Positions 1-9,187 are shown, counted from the first letter of the stretch. The stretch: 23,023 bases of DNA from Promethearchaeota archaeon (GCA_013375475.1 JABXKD010000060.1:1-23023), one strand, 5' to 3'. Translations and numbers: made by a program. The notes: a model not told the origin generated them from the letters alone.

Positions 1-2
1 CA

Positions 3-833
3 ATGAATCAAATAGTCGATATCAATGGCAATTTATATCCGTATGATTATCTCATTTGGGGTGCGGATCTAAAGACGTTATACAAGAGAGTTAATACAGA
101 CAATTTGGATGATAAAATTTCTCGTAAAATTAAAGATCAAAAAGAAAAATTTATTTCACATCGTGGTGGAGATTCGGTATTTAGTTTGTTCATCGGAGTT
201 GATGAACCAATAGAAAAATATAAATCTATTTCACATGGACACTTCTTTTACACTCCATCGAAAAAAGGTCTTGGAGAACTTAATCATTCGGTACTAAAAT
301 CATTAATCGATAATTTTGAAAATACCCCAAAGGCAGAAATTCTACAGTGGTTAGATAAGTTTTGCAAATTGAATACTTATGAAATTTCAATTCCTGCGCT
401 TCGAGATCCCTCTTTAGCTCCAAAAGGAAAAACCGGCCTGATAATTAGCATGCTTTTTGAATTCGATTTATTTAAAAAGGTCCAAGAAGCTTCTTGGTAC
501 GACGAATTTAAAACAGAGGTTGAAAACCGTATTTTGGAGACTCTTTCAAGTTCCATTTACCCGAAAATCGAGGAAAAGATTCTTTTCCGTTTTTCTTTAA
601 CCCCTTTATCTATTTTAAATAGGGTAGGTAGCTCTGAAGGGGCAATTGTGGGTTGGTCATATGAAAAAGCAGTTCCTGTAGTAAATAGACTTCTTAAGAT
701 ATATAATTCTGTTAAAACACCAATTCCTAAAGTATTGCAGGCAGGTCAATGGGCTTATAGTCCTGCTGGAATTCCCATCGCAATTCTTACTGGCTTGCTT
801 GCTGCCCAAAAAATTATAAAAAATAAAATTTAA
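3..833 (+). CDS. Phytoene desaturase/retinol saturase-like NAD(P)/FAD-dependent oxidoreductase (COG1233), C-terminal part; the 5' end lies outside the window
   Basis: The frame is open from the window edge. Family-typical C-terminal motifs are present: SVFSLFIGVD, LRDPSLAPKGK, TPLS...GAIVGWS, KTPIPKVLQAGQWAYSPAGIPIAILTG. Confidence 0.8.
   Translation: MNQIVDINGNLYPYDYLIWGADLKTLYKRVNTDNLDDKISRKIKDQKEKFISHRGGDSVFSLFIGVDEPIEKYKSISHGHFFYTPSKKGLGELNHSVLKSLIDNFENTPKAEILQWLDKFCKLNTYEISIPALRDPSLAPKGKTGLIISMLFEFDLFKKVQEASWYDEFKTEVENRILETLSSSIYPKIEEKILFRFSLTPLSILNRVGSSEGAIVGWSYEKAVPVVNRLLKIYNSVKTPIPKVLQAGQWAYSPAGIPIAILTGLLAAQKIIKNKI
750..833 (+). repeat. Copy 1 of an 84-bp imperfect direct repeat (last 28 codons of the COG1233 gene)
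   Basis: Aligns without gaps to 3026-3109 at 73/84 identical bases (hand alignment). Confidence 0.9.
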
Positions 834-932
834 TTTACAAATTAATGCGCGCGATTACTTTAATAATGATATTAATGATGCTTAAAACTTTAATATAGGG
901 AATTATTTCTATTTTGGAAGGTTTTAAAAAAT

Positions 933-1937
933 ATGAAAATTTTAGACGATGAAAAATTTATCAGAAATGTGGAAAGCTTAATTGATCCAAAGGAAGTTAG
1001 CTTTTTGTATTTCTTCCAAACATTCAAACGGCTTTTGCCTCGCTCCCTTTTTAAAAAGCTATTAAATAAGACTTCAAAAAAGACTCCATACATGGGTTTT
1101 GTAATTGAACCTTATAGTCTGTTTTTATTCTTTAAGCTTAAAAATATCGAAAAAGCAAAATCATTATTGCCGGAACGTTATGAGTTGAAAAAGACTAGAA
1201 TTTTTGCTGATGAAGAACCAGAACACTATTTGGGAATGGGGGTTTTCAATACCCGGGCAAGTACTTTTTGGGGTTCTAGGCTAGAATCATATCTCGTTGC
1301 AGAAGATAAAGAAACTGGTCATATATCTTGGATTTTTATCGATATTCTGAGCAACACAATAATTTATCTCCCTTCAGCAGGAGTTACAGATAGAAACTGT
1401 AAAAATGCCATATATACGACTAGCTCAAAAGGAGATCTACTACTGGATTTTAAGGAAGACACAACTGACCGACAGATAATCTTAACGGGTAATATTACCA
1501 ATGGAAAAATGCGCAGCCTTGATCAACACCTTTGGGTAATAGGAAATTCATCTATCGGTCACAGTAAAAAATTTTCAGATAAGAATGATGATCGATTTGC
1601 CGTAATATTTGATCCTGCTGAAGTTGAAAAAGCTTTAGAAATTCCTATTGAGGATATTCACTTAAAGCTTAATACACTTTTTCCAGATTTAGCAGAGCCA
1701 GAACTATGCAAGGTGTTATGTTTCCCCTTCGCTCAGCACTATATTGCCGACAGTCCAGGCCGTCGCACCTATATCAAAGATATCAATGACATGATCGAGA
1801 ATTATAACAAAATTGCAGATATTGAAGAAATTGAAACCTTTTCAACAAGAAATATACAGATAATGTTATTAATGGGAATCTCTTTATTTGTGGTAATCTT
1901 TATTTCCGTATTTATTTTATTGCTAATTAATCTATGA
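933..1937 (+). CDS. Hypothetical protein with C-terminal transmembrane helix, possible acetoacetate-decarboxylase-like fold (paralogue 1)
   Basis: 334-aa ORF with GGAAGG upstream. AKSLLPERYEL resembles the ADC-like 'A..LLP..LE' segment. Hydrophobic C-terminal tail. Clearly homologous to the next gene. Confidence 0.65.
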   Translation: MKILDDEKFIRNVESLIDPKEVSFLYFFQTFKRLLPRSLFKKLLNKTSKKTPYMGFVIEPYSLFLFFKLKNIEKAKSLLPERYELKKTRIFADEEPEHYLGMGVFNTRASTFWGSRLESYLVAEDKETGHISWIFIDILSNTIIYLPSAGVTDRNCKNAIYTTSSKGDLLLDFKEDTTDRQIILTGNITNGKMRSLDQHLWVIGNSSIGHSKKFSDKNDDRFAVIFDPAEVEKALEIPIEDIHLKLNTLFPDLAEPELCKVLCFPFAQHYIADSPGRRTYIKDINDMIENYNKIADIEEIETFSTRNIQIMLLMGISLFVVIFISVFILLLINL

Positions 1938-1974
1938 AAATGGATTTGAAAAAAAAAACTCAAGGTGTATGTAA

Positions 1975-2988
1975 ATGGCTCGTGAAGAATACAGGAATTT
2001 TTCAAAAAAGACAGAATCTCTTGTAAAGCCTAAAGATGTGACTGCCATTAGTTTTTTGAGCAGTTTTAGTAAAGCTCTCCCCAAAAAAACACAACATAAA
2101 TTTACGCAGAGCGGCAAGAAAAAAATTCCTTATATGGGATTTATAGTAGATCCCTATAGTTTATTTCTATCTTTTAAGATAACAAATACTTCAGCAGCGC
2201 AAGAGATGCTCCCCGATGGATATGAACTAGCAGAAACCTCAATTTTCAAGAACGATGTAAAGTTTCCCATAGCAATTGCAAGCGTATTTACCGCTCGAAC
2301 TTCAGGATTTATAGGCATGCGAATCGAGTTTTATATTATTGCTCGCAACAAAGAAACCGGGCGGTTATCTTGGATCATTTGTGATTATGAAACGAATACT
2401 AACAGTTATGACCCAAAGAATGGATTTTGTGGTTACACTTGTGATCCTGCCGTGTTTACAACCACATATTTCGGGGAGTTGCTGGTTGATATTAAGAATC
2501 CCACCAACAATAAAGAATTTATAGTATCGGTTGACTTAGAAAAAGGTGATTCAAGGGAATTGGACGAATCTCTCTGGATTGAAGGAAATCTTATTGTCGA
2601 TTATGGTGGCGAGCTAAAAAGTGATTTTTCAGAGCCCTTCAGCCTGATTTTTGATCCAGATATGGTGAAAGAAGCGGTGAGCATACCTTTAGATCGTATT
2701 TCAATCAAGGCAAACTCCTATCTGGATAATATTATTGATCCTGTTAAGCCAGTAAACGCACTCATCTTTCCTTATAGTCAGCACTTCATCATTAAGCAAG
2801 ATCTAGAAAAATATGAGGTTAAAAACCAAAAGGACTTAGATCTTCAAATAAAGTCTTTCCTTAGCAGAACTGGATTTAAAGCCATGTCAGGTGAAGATAT
2901 AAAAAAACCCATTTATGGAATGGTCTTAATTTCTTACCTAGTGCTTATCAGTATAATTGTATTTTTACTAATACTACTCTTTCTATAA
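1975..2988 (+). CDS. Hypothetical protein with C-terminal transmembrane helix (paralogue 2 of 933..1937)
   Basis: 337-aa ORF with AAGGTG upstream. Shares PYMGF..PYSLFL, LP..YEL, KETG..SWI, IFDP..V..A..IP and FP..QH with paralogue 1. Confidence 0.7.
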   Translation: MAREEYRNFSKKTESLVKPKDVTAISFLSSFSKALPKKTQHKFTQSGKKKIPYMGFIVDPYSLFLSFKITNTSAAQEMLPDGYELAETSIFKNDVKFPIAIASVFTARTSGFIGMRIEFYIIARNKETGRLSWIICDYETNTNSYDPKNGFCGYTCDPAVFTTTYFGELLVDIKNPTNNKEFIVSVDLEKGDSRELDESLWIEGNLIVDYGGELKSDFSEPFSLIFDPDMVKEAVSIPLDRISIKANSYLDNIIDPVKPVNALIFPYSQHFIIKQDLEKYEVKNQKDLDLQIKSFLSRTGFKAMSGEDIKKPIYGMVLISYLVLISIIVFLLILLFL

Positions 2989-3025
2989 GATTGGGTAAAA
3001 AACTCATTTTTTATTTCTCATTAAA

Positions 3026-3109
3026 TGGGTTTATAGTCCTGCTGGTATACCCATTGCAATTCTTACCGGCTTACTTATTGCTCAAAAAATTATGAAAAAT
3101 AAAATATAA
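3026..3109 (+). pseudogene. Orphan 3' fragment of the COG1233 gene (copy 2 of the repeat)
   Basis: Translates WVYSPAGIPIAILTGLLIAQKIMKNKI* versus WAYSPAGIPIAILTGLLAAQKIIKNKI* at 750-833. The similarity does not extend upstream of about 3024. Confidence 0.85.
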
Positions 3110-3238
3110 TTCAAAATTGACGGGAAAAATAATAAATATTAGTAAATTACCTCTCTAAAACCTTATATGGTTATGATACAATCCAAATTTGGCATCGGTA
3201 ACTGAAATTCAATCAAGATGAAATATATATGTTAGAAT

Positions 3239-5614
3239 TTAAAATGAATTATGAATCCTTAAAGCAGCTTGACGTCCATCTCTTACTGATTCAATTATTG
3301 TATATGTCTCCGGGTAATCTGTATACCATTGACCACTTGAAACAATTGATTTGGATATATCCTCAAGCTTTAAGTCAAAGGGTGCTGTTAAATAAATATA
3401 ATCGTAAATATTCGCCAGTTTAACTAATTGTTCCTGTTCCTTGAGTTCCCATTTAAAATTAAAATTCATTTCGCTTGAAATCATGAAATTAAACTCTTTT
3501 TGAAGTATATTTTCAACTATCATATTATTCTCAACATATTTCAACAGTCTCCCCCCTAGTTTATCCTCCTTTTCAAAATAATCTATTGAATAACCTAATC
3601 GTGCGAGAAAATAACCACATGTCAATCCTGCAGGACCAGCACCAATTATTGCAATCTTTTTCCCGTTAATTTTTGAATAATAATCTGGCCATCCATTAGC
3701 ATCAGTATGAGATGCAACCCATTTATGTAATTCTTGTATAGGCATCGCATTCTCTGTAAAGGTTTTGCGATAGCATTCCTTTTCACAGAAAGATTCTGGA
3801 GAACAAACATAACCACAGATTTCAGCTAAAGGATTTGATTCCCTGATTGCTTTAGCCGCCCCATTAAAATTACCTGCTTCTATTCTTCTTATAAAGTTTG
3901 GAATATCAATATGAGCAGGACATGCCGCCATACATGGTGCATCTTGACAATGTTGACAGAGCCGTGCTATTTTTCTGGCAATTTCAGGATTATACTCCAT
4001 TATATTGGGGATCTCATACTTTTCATTAGAGCTAATAGAGGTCACATATTTGTCTTCTACATTGTCTTTGTATGTCTCTTTATTTAATTCTCTTAGGATT
4101 ACATTTGCTACAGCAAATCCAGATACTGTAACAGCTGGTAAACCCATACCCATTGTTGTAGAATCTCCACAAGCATAAAGATTTTTCCAATCCGTTTTCG
4201 CGTTTAGTCGATTCATAAGATCTTGTCCAATTTTTTGTTTTGGACCTCCTACACAACCCCAATTCTTTAATGTATACTTTTCAATGGTCGAAGGAGTTCC
4301 AATATTTAAGATTCTTAGACCCTTTCTAAAATCGGGAATTCTTTTCTCAATCTCATCCAGTATTAAATCTGCTTGTTTTGTCTTACTTGAATAATAATCT
4401 TCTGAATGATATTCCTGATCTTTTGGATTGGGCCAGGATTGGTTTGGTGCTGGTGAGAATATCGTTAATATATGTTCATCTTCCGGACCTAATGTGTGAT
4501 CATCAAATGTAGGTATGTACATAGTAATGTCTCCCATGTCAATTTCAGAACTATCTGATACATAGTATTCGACAGGAGATGTACCTGTAGGGAAAACCGA
4601 TTTTTCAACTGCTGCATGCAGAATCATAGCAGGATATGTATGCTCCAAAGAATCAACCCAATCTTTTTGCTTGTTTGATGACAAATTTAACGGGATTAGG
4701 TCATTATAAAGATTCCAGACTGTAGTACCAGATATTATTTTTTCTGCTTTAATTTTTGAGCCATCTATGAGTAATACTCCATTAGCTTTTTTCCCCTCAA
4801 AAAGTATTTCTTTAACTCTCGTTCTATATAATAATGTACCACCATTCTTTTCAATTGATTTTTCCAGAGTATTGCTATATGTCTGAGCTGATCCTGCGAT
4901 ATAATAACTCCCACCAACATGATTATCTGTAAATGTAGTCAATGCCATAATTGCAGGTGTTTCTTCTGCAGTACAGTAAATATAACTTGAACATAACATA
5001 TCAAAAAATTCAATCAGCCTTTTACTCTTAATATATGGTTCCATGATATCTTTTGCTGATTTGGTTAGCAAATTCCTCATATTCATGGCTCTTTTTGGGT
5101 TATCAAAAAGCATTTTTAATTTATCTTTCAAAGTTAATTCAGAGGGAGTTGTAAGCATTTCATATCCTCGAATATTAGTATTATAAAAATCCATTAAAAA
5201 ACTATAGAAAGCTTCAAGCTCTTCTTTTTCTTCAGGAAATGCTTTTTTCAATTCACCAACAAATCTATTTATATCTTTATAAAAGTTGATTATTTTACCT
5301 TCAAAATTTAACCTAAAGAACGCATCTCTTGGAATAATATCAAGTTCTTCTTCAAGAGAGTTCATCAAGATTCTTTCTGGGTGAAAACCTTCAGTTCCAA
5401 AACCAAAAAATAAAGCAGCTCCCGAGTCGAATATTCGATCTTCTCTTCTAAAACTAGTACAAGCTCCCCCGGGAAGATATTGTTGCTCGACAATTAAAAC
5501 ATCAATTCCTCTTTTAGCTAGGAGTGCTCCTGCTGTTAAAGAGCCCAAACCTGCTCCAATTATTATGACATCATATTTTTCTTTTAACAAAGCTTTTGAA
5601 TTTAAAATTCCCAT
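3239..5614 (-). CDS. Fusion protein: N-terminal phytoene desaturase/carotenoid isomerase-like FAD oxidoreductase (COG1233) plus C-terminal GltD/dihydropyrimidine-dehydrogenase-type 2x[4Fe-4S] (Fer4_20) and FAD domain
   Basis: N-terminus YDVIIIGAGLGSL...EQQYLPGGAC...FDSGA; COG1233 end NLYACGDS..GMGLPAV..SG. Then CQHCQDAPCMAACP, ICGYVCSPESFCEKEC and KIAIIGAGPAGLTCG. The ATG at 5614 follows a GAGGT site and is preferred over the TTG at 5635. Confidence 0.85.
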   Translation of the reverse strand: MGILNSKALLKEKYDVIIIGAGLGSLTAGALLAKRGIDVLIVEQQYLPGGACTSFRREDRIFDSGAALFFGFGTEGFHPERILMNSLEEELDIIPRDAFFRLNFEGKIINFYKDINRFVGELKKAFPEEKEELEAFYSFLMDFYNTNIRGYEMLTTPSELTLKDKLKMLFDNPKRAMNMRNLLTKSAKDIMEPYIKSKRLIEFFDMLCSSYIYCTAEETPAIMALTTFTDNHVGGSYYIAGSAQTYSNTLEKSIEKNGGTLLYRTRVKEILFEGKKANGVLLIDGSKIKAEKIISGTTVWNLYNDLIPLNLSSNKQKDWVDSLEHTYPAMILHAAVEKSVFPTGTSPVEYYVSDSSEIDMGDITMYIPTFDDHTLGPEDEHILTIFSPAPNQSWPNPKDQEYHSEDYYSSKTKQADLILDEIEKRIPDFRKGLRILNIGTPSTIEKYTLKNWGCVGGPKQKIGQDLMNRLNAKTDWKNLYACGDSTTMGMGLPAVTVSGFAVANVILRELNKETYKDNVEDKYVTSISSNEKYEIPNIMEYNPEIARKIARLCQHCQDAPCMAACPAHIDIPNFIRRIEAGNFNGAAKAIRESNPLAEICGYVCSPESFCEKECYRKTFTENAMPIQELHKWVASHTDANGWPDYYSKINGKKIAIIGAGPAGLTCGYFLARLGYSIDYFEKEDKLGGRLLKYVENNMIVENILQKEFNFMISSEMNFNFKWELKEQEQLVKLANIYDYIYLTAPFDLKLEDISKSIVSSGQWYTDYPETYTIIESVRDGRQAALRIHNSF

Positions 5615-5639
5615 ATTATAAACCTCTAGTTTCAATATG

Positions 5640-6188
5640 TTAATAGAAGATGTAATACATTGAAAAAGCTAATGTTGAAATGACCATAACTAATAGTAAA
5701 TTTCGACCATTTGGCCATTCATAACGCTTCCTAAGCCTTATATCTAAAAAGTAACAACTTGGATAGAAAAATAATATTACAATTACAAAAAGAATTAGAC
5801 CACCTTGTGATGTCGGTTTTACATAATTCCAAATTCCTGTAAGATAAATAAATAAACCACCAATAAGAATGGGTGGATGCATAGTCATTCTTTCAACCAA
5901 TACCCATCCTTTATTTTTCTTCCAGTAAGTTCTTCTCCTAAATCCTCGATAAAAATTTATGTCCCACATAGAGGTAAAGATCATGGCGGGAAAACAAACA
6001 GCTAATATTACATTAAATATTGGATTTTTTAGATTAAAGATTATACAAAAACAAAAATAGAAATTTACTAAGCGACTAACATAGAACCGTCTAAATTGAA
6101 GTTCATTTTTAAGTTTAAAGGTGGACAACCAGAATCGAAAAATAAAAAATACAATACCTATGACTGGTAGCAATAAATCTGTTAGCAT
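5640..6188 (-). CDS. Hypothetical integral membrane protein, probably co-transcribed with the oxidoreductase fusion
   Basis: 182 aa with about 5-6 hydrophobic segments. 25-nt gap to the downstream ATG at 5614. Confidence 0.7.
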   Translation of the reverse strand: MLTDLLLPVIGIVFFIFRFWLSTFKLKNELQFRRFYVSRLVNFYFCFCIIFNLKNPIFNVILAVCFPAMIFTSMWDINFYRGFRRRTYWKKNKGWVLVERMTMHPPILIGGLFIYLTGIWNYVKPTSQGGLILFVIVILFFYPSCYFLDIRLRKRYEWPNGRNLLLVMVISTLAFSMYYIFY

Positions 6189-6336
6189 TAACTTAATTTA
6201 AACTCATTTTATTTTAAACGTTTTGGTTATTAGTTTTAAACGGAAATATTCTCATATAAACGATATTTTTGAGATAAATAACTCTATAACTAATTAGCTA
6301 TCACTTTAAATTTAGAAACATTTTATTTCAAGTACT

Positions 6337-7647
6337 GTGTTTAAAATTAATAGGAACAATCTCTTCATACAAGATTTAAAAGAGTGTACTATTCACATTA
6401 AACGAACTAAAGCGTTAAAGATTTCAGTATATGTAATTCTGATTTATATTGTTATAACAATTTTGAGTTTTATAATTATTCCTTTTATTACTCCAATTGA
6501 AAATACGATTATTTCTAATGATTTTAAAATATTTTACCAATCAGTACAAACAATTTTAGCAAATCCCGAGGAATTATACACTTTACCAGATTATAAAATG
6601 CCCTTTCGTTATTTTCCACTGTTTTCATTATTATTTTTACCTTATACCCTGATACCTTTTGAGGTAGGATTTATCATTCATACTTTTCTACTAGGCATTT
6701 TTCAAATTGCATCATTTTATCTTATCTATGTCATTTCCACAAAATTCTATAATATAAGATACAATACTAAACTTAAGAAGGATTTGTTGTTTTTAGTTTT
6801 AATGGCCCCCGTGCAAGTACCAATGATTATGATGGGTCAAATCTCACAGATCTTCATCTTTTTAATGCTTATTGTAATTTTTCTTATAGAAAATGCAAGA
6901 TTAAAGAAATATTCTATAAAAGGTGAGTATCTTTTAATAGGGATAATATTAGGATTAGGCATTTCAATCAAACCATTTGCTATTTTAATAGTTCCCTTGT
7001 TAGCAAAACTTTTTATTCAACGGGATGGCAAAAAGATCAAATTAGATCATAAGATTCTATTTAAGCTTCTTTTAGGATTAATATTCTCTCATTTAATCAA
7101 TTTTGTATATGTTCTAGTTTATCCGAACATGTTACGAGAGTTTTTAGAAATAAATACAACAGCACAGATATCAAATTATCCAAGCAGCAGTATAACCCGA
7201 ATAATTTCTATCTTATTTAATTCTTTCTCTATTGAAGCTATTATAATGATAATCTTAACCTTTATTTCTTATGGATTCATTTATGTTGTTTATTTGATTA
7301 CTCCTTATGAAAAGATCAACTATCCCCTCTATTTTGGAATGGCATTCCTCCTCGTAATAATAATCTTCACAGATTCCTGGTTTTTAAACTTCTTAATTTG
7401 GTTTTCCATTGTCTTTCCCGGATTATTTCAATACGAGGATGAAATTAATTTAATCTCTTCTGAAACTCTTAAAAAAAAACTTAAAATCTCTAATTACATC
7501 ACTTACAAAATAACCTACTACGGTATCGTGTATTTTACAGTTGGTATTGTAATCGGATTTACTATTTTTCCAACAGATCCGATTTTACCCTTCTTGTTAA
7601 TTATATTATACTTCAATTTGCTATGGCGACTCTTTAGAAATCGATAA
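6337..7647 (+). CDS. Glycosyltransferase family 87 (DUF2029, GT-C fold) membrane protein
   Basis: Multi-pass protein with NDFKIFY after TM1, FRYFPLFSLLFLP, MGQIS and ISIKPFA motifs typical of GT87. The GTG start is uncertain. Confidence 0.75.
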   Translation: MFKINRNNLFIQDLKECTIHIKRTKALKISVYVILIYIVITILSFIIIPFITPIENTIISNDFKIFYQSVQTILANPEELYTLPDYKMPFRYFPLFSLLFLPYTLIPFEVGFIIHTFLLGIFQIASFYLIYVISTKFYNIRYNTKLKKDLLFLVLMAPVQVPMIMMGQISQIFIFLMLIVIFLIENARLKKYSIKGEYLLIGIILGLGISIKPFAILIVPLLAKLFIQRDGKKIKLDHKILFKLLLGLIFSHLINFVYVLVYPNMLREFLEINTTAQISNYPSSSITRIISILFNSFSIEAIIMIILTFISYGFIYVVYLITPYEKINYPLYFGMAFLLVIIIFTDSWFLNFLIWFSIVFPGLFQYEDEINLISSETLKKKLKISNYITYKITYYGIVYFTVGIVIGFTIFPTDPILPFLLIILYFNLLWRLFRNR

Positions 7648-7651
7648 TTTC

Positions 7652-7693
7652 AATTCATTAATTAATGAATTTAAGCTTTTTTGTAGGTTTTTT
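7652..7693. terminator. 20-bp perfect palindrome followed by T-tracts after the GT87 stop
   Basis: AATTCATTAATTAATGAATT (7652-7671), then two T runs, between convergent genes. Confidence 0.35.
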
Positions 7694-7828
7694 GGATGGA
7701 ATAATTTACAGCTTTGAAGAATTCTGTTATTAGCTATTTTAATTAAATAATTTGTGGATTTCGACAACAACCGGGTGCCATTCAAGTAAATGGAATAAAC
7801 TTAAAAATTGAATTGATGTAAGATTTGA

Positions 7829-9187
7829 TTAGTTTGGATTTACTCGGCCAATTGCTCTAAAAGGTAATTTTTCGTTAAAAGTCTCATAGTTAAAAATTCT
7901 TCGTCCATCAATAAGGTTTGGTGACTTCATGTGTTTTTTGAAATCGTCAGGTTTTAGTTCTTTAAACTCTTCCCACTCAGTTATCAAAAGTGCGCATTCA
8001 GAATCATTCAAAGCCTGTTCTATAGAATTAGCATATGCTATTTTATTTCCTAATTCGATTTCTGCAGTTTCATTAGCTTTAGGATCGTATCCAACTATGT
8101 CCGTAATACCTCTTTTCACTAGTTCATTAATAACTCTTATGCTCGGAGCTTCTCTCATGTCGTCAGTTCCTGGTTTGAATGCGAGTCCTAATAAAGTAAT
8201 TCTCTTGTTTTTCAAATCTCCCGCCAATTCTTCAGCCATATCTACAATTCGTATTGCTTGGTCATCGTTAATATCTAAAACCGCTTCTAATAATCTAGAA
8301 GGATAACCTTTTGATTTCGACCACGCTTTTATTGCGTTGACATCTTTGTGAAAACAGGATCCTCCAAATCCCACTCCTGGTCCTAAAAAGCGCTCGTTTA
8401 TCCTATAATCCAAGCCCACACCCTTCATTACTTGAACTATGTCAACATTAGGCACTAGTTGAGCGAAATTCGCAAATTCGTTAGCAAAACTTATTTTTGT
8501 TGATAATAGACAGTTATTTCCATATTTAACCAGTTCAGCGCTTTCTAAATTCATTCGTAAGATAGGGCAATTCTTTAAATGATCTCCGTAGAAATATTCG
8601 TAAAACTCTTGGAGCATATCACCACTCTTATCATCAAGAGCCCCAATAACAATTCTATCCGGCCTTAAGGTGTCTTTTATTGATCGTCCCTCGGCTAAGA
8701 ACTCTGGTTGCATACACAAACCAAAATCTTTTCCGGGAACTTTCCCTGACACTTCAGAGATGATCTTGCTTACTAAATTTCTAGAAGTTCCGGGAACTAC
8801 TGTAGATCTTACAACAACAAGATGGTAAGAATCTTTTTGTTTGAGGGCTTCTCCTATTTCTCTAGCAGTGCTCTCGATGAAGCCTAAGTCTATGCTTTTA
8901 TCTTCACGCATAGGTGTGCCTTGAGTAATCATTGAAATATCAGTTTCGAGAATGGCTTTAACGGGATCAAGCAAGCATTGTAATAATTCAGGGTTATTTG
9001 CTTTAATATCATCCATTATTTCTTGCAAATCTGCTTCGTAAAAAGGGGCTATTCCATCGTTAATCATACTAGCTTTTTTCTGGTTGTGAGTAGACGCCAA
9101 TACTTTTATATCTTTTTCGGCAAAACAAGCTGCTGAGCAAAGTCCAATGAAGCCTGTTCCGAGGATTGAAACGCTATACTTATACAA
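7829..9187 (-). CDS. ugd: UDP-glucose/GDP-mannose dehydrogenase family protein (UDP-glucose 6-dehydrogenase-like)
   Basis: GTGFIGL Rossmann motif, RSTVVPGT, PEFLAEG, AELVKYGNN, catalytic GFGGSCFHKD, GLAFKPGTDDMREAPS, DGRRI. TTG start. Confidence 0.9.
   Translation of the reverse strand: MYKYSVSILGTGFIGLCSAACFAEKDIKVLASTHNQKKASMINDGIAPFYEADLQEIMDDIKANNPELLQCLLDPVKAILETDISMITQGTPMREDKSIDLGFIESTAREIGEALKQKDSYHLVVVRSTVVPGTSRNLVSKIISEVSGKVPGKDFGLCMQPEFLAEGRSIKDTLRPDRIVIGALDDKSGDMLQEFYEYFYGDHLKNCPILRMNLESAELVKYGNNCLLSTKISFANEFANFAQLVPNVDIVQVMKGVGLDYRINERFLGPGVGFGGSCFHKDVNAIKAWSKSKGYPSRLLEAVLDINDDQAIRIVDMAEELAGDLKNKRITLLGLAFKPGTDDMREAPSIRVINELVKRGITDIVGYDPKANETAEIELGNKIAYANSIEQALNDSECALLITEWEEFKELKPDDFKKHMKSPNLIDGRRIFNYETFNEKLPFRAIGRVNPN

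Noticed and set aside
750-3109. Diversity-generating retroelement TR/VR pair (a C-terminal repeat plus a non-coding copy)
   Set aside because: Mismatches are not adenine-specific in either direction, most are synonymous, and there is no reverse transcriptase in the window.
3168-3216. Imperfect hairpin / box C/D or SECIS-like RNA downstream of the fusion gene
   Set aside because: No proper RUGAUGA box, no Sec codon in neighbouring genes, and weak pairing.
7471-7479. A9 run in GT87 (and A10 at 1949-1958) as phase-variation tracts
   Set aside because: Such runs are common in this AT-rich sequence and the frame is intact.
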